NCBI GenBank assembly: GCA_965153285.1
Contig: OZ229113.1
DNA length: 64,000 bases
Source of the DNA: Podarcis tiliguerta
Lineage: Eukaryota
Reading direction: 5' to 3' (one strand)
A program made the position numbers and the translations under genes. The notes below the pieces were generated by a model. It had not been told where the DNA came from. It ran no database searches and was given only the letters and a program-made list of their open reading frames with translations. Each line of letters opens with the position of its first letter. Position 1 is the first letter of the stretch. Below, piece after piece: positions 62,561 through 64,000 of the stretch.

Positions 62561-63149
62561 CAGCCAAGACCTCACAATTATTTTTAATGCAGTACTAAGA
62601 TTACTAACCACCCCTAACACACAAACAAACTCCAGGTTCTAGCTCACCAAGAGAAAAGAAAGTTTGCATGGAATTCAGCTCCATGTTGGGTGGAGGAACA
62701 AATTTTGATAATCTTTCCTGATCTCTCCTAAATTCAGCATGAAAGTGGTGAGACTTGTCAGTGAGTAAGAAATGTAGTCTCTTGATGTACTGGGAACAAT
62801 AAGTGAATGATCTCTGCAGTTCCTGAACGCATACTTAGGCTGTTCTTGAAGTCAGCAAGTAGGAAGGAGTAGCACTACCTATACAGAAAATACTGAAGGT
62901 AGTGGTGCTAGTGGAACTTGCTAGACATAGCGGAAAAAGCCACCGCCTAGCACAACTGTTTCTTCCAACTACACTGGGATAGGTATCATTTATTTTAAAA
63001 TATTTATAGGCCACTTTTTCTGAGTCAAACTATCAAGAAAGCTTAATGTAATAACAATTTAAAATTACAGCTTCAACAATAAAACGATGGAATAGGAAAC
63101 ACAAATGCAATTTCTACAAATTGCCTATAACTTCAATAAAACATCAATA

Positions 63150-63500
63150 CTAAAATTCTAACACTCCTACAATATAAAACACAATTCCAGCCAAGCCATT
63201 AGCTAAAAGAAGCACCTTAAAAATATCCATAATTGCATTGCCCTCATCAAGACAGGTGGCTGCATTTTGAGCCAGCTCAAACAATAGCAGCACACAGGAA
63301 CAAAACAAACAAACACACTTAAAGCTTTTGCAATTAAAGTTTTTCCCCAGGAAATACTTATTTCCCCCTCCTTGAAAAGCACTACTATTGACCAGAAAAT
63401 TGAGCCACCACTTTATGTGGTCCTCCTTCGTAAGTACGATATGGCAAGATGTAAATACTATAAATATTCCCAATTTGCCATGAATTCATGATCTTTTAAC
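63150..63500 (-). mobile_element. Possible L1 endonuclease-region remnant
   Basis: FLGKNFNC resembles the xLGGDFNx APE motif and is followed by MDIF. Same strand as, and upstream of, the L1 ORF2 fragment. Confidence 0.35.
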
Positions 63501-64000
63501 TGTATTGCTATGTGAAAAACTGACAGAGCACAGGGTTAATCATTAGCAGAAAAGAAAAATATGCCATTTGCCAGCAGGGAAAAATGAGCAGGGCTGGAAT
63601 GGCAGCAACACATTTCCAGTGATGGTGCTGCACTCCCCAGGATACGTAAAGCAGTGATGAAGTCAGGGGAGCTCCAGGTGGCACTGCTGCCAACTTAGAG
63701 CTCCCCCAACCTTACCCCACTGCCACTCCATGCTCCATCATCTGCCACTGCCGCTATTTACCCTATGCAATCTAGGTAGCAGTAAAAGACATACTTAAAT
63801 GGGCCAAACAAAAACATTCTCCAAGTCACCAGTCAAGACATACAAATTTGAATTTGATACTGTGTTAAATCAACAGCGTTACCTAGTTTGGGTTCCTACC
63901 TACATGTATTTTTAAATGACAAAAAGCATACAGAAGTTGTGTGCATAAATTGCACTTAACCGTGTGCATGTAACTACAGAAATTTAAGTAATAGTCAACC

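Larger units (their letters stand above)
55135..64000 (-). other. NRIP1: NRIP1 intron upstream of the coding exon (upstream non-coding exons and promoter probably outside the window)
   Basis: Upstream of the acceptor, TE-rich, no CpG island visible. Vertebrate NRIP1 has long 5' introns. Confidence 0.65.

Noticed and set aside
55135-64000. Upstream non-coding NRIP1 exons or promoter
   Set aside because: Donor-like motifs exist (e.g. about 60314), but no exon can be supported without transcript data, and there is no CpG island.
1-64000. A novel multi-gene biological system
   Set aside because: Only one real gene is present. The rest is explained by TEs, microsatellites and putative cis-regulatory DNA.

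Overview
Eukaryotic (vertebrate) genomic DNA, most likely from a squamate lizard. The repeat content (Sauria SINE, lizard-type CR1/L2/L1, 136-bp hAT MITEs) points to a lacertid such as Podarcis, but this is an inference. The only protein-coding gene is NRIP1 (RIP140, nuclear receptor co-repressor) on the minus strand. Its whole 1169-aa CDS (51273-54782) lies in one terminal exon, which starts at a splice acceptor at 55134 and probably ends near an AATAAA at 46822-46827 (about 4.4 kb of 3'UTR). Positions 55135-64000 are most likely NRIP1 intron. Positions 1-46800 are gene-poor downstream DNA filled with TE fragments, microsatellites and several repeat-free, motif-dense blocks that look like enhancers. 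All other ORFs in the track are TE remnants or spurious. I found no prokaryote-type system (CRISPR, operon, defence island) and no convincing novel protein-coding system. The most interesting signals are regulatory: a uORF-packed NRIP1 leader, clustered Pumilio/miR-30/miR-33 sites, a dense nuclear-receptor half-site cluster and an intronic XRE/AP-1/NF-kB module. There are also several nested or foldback TE structures.
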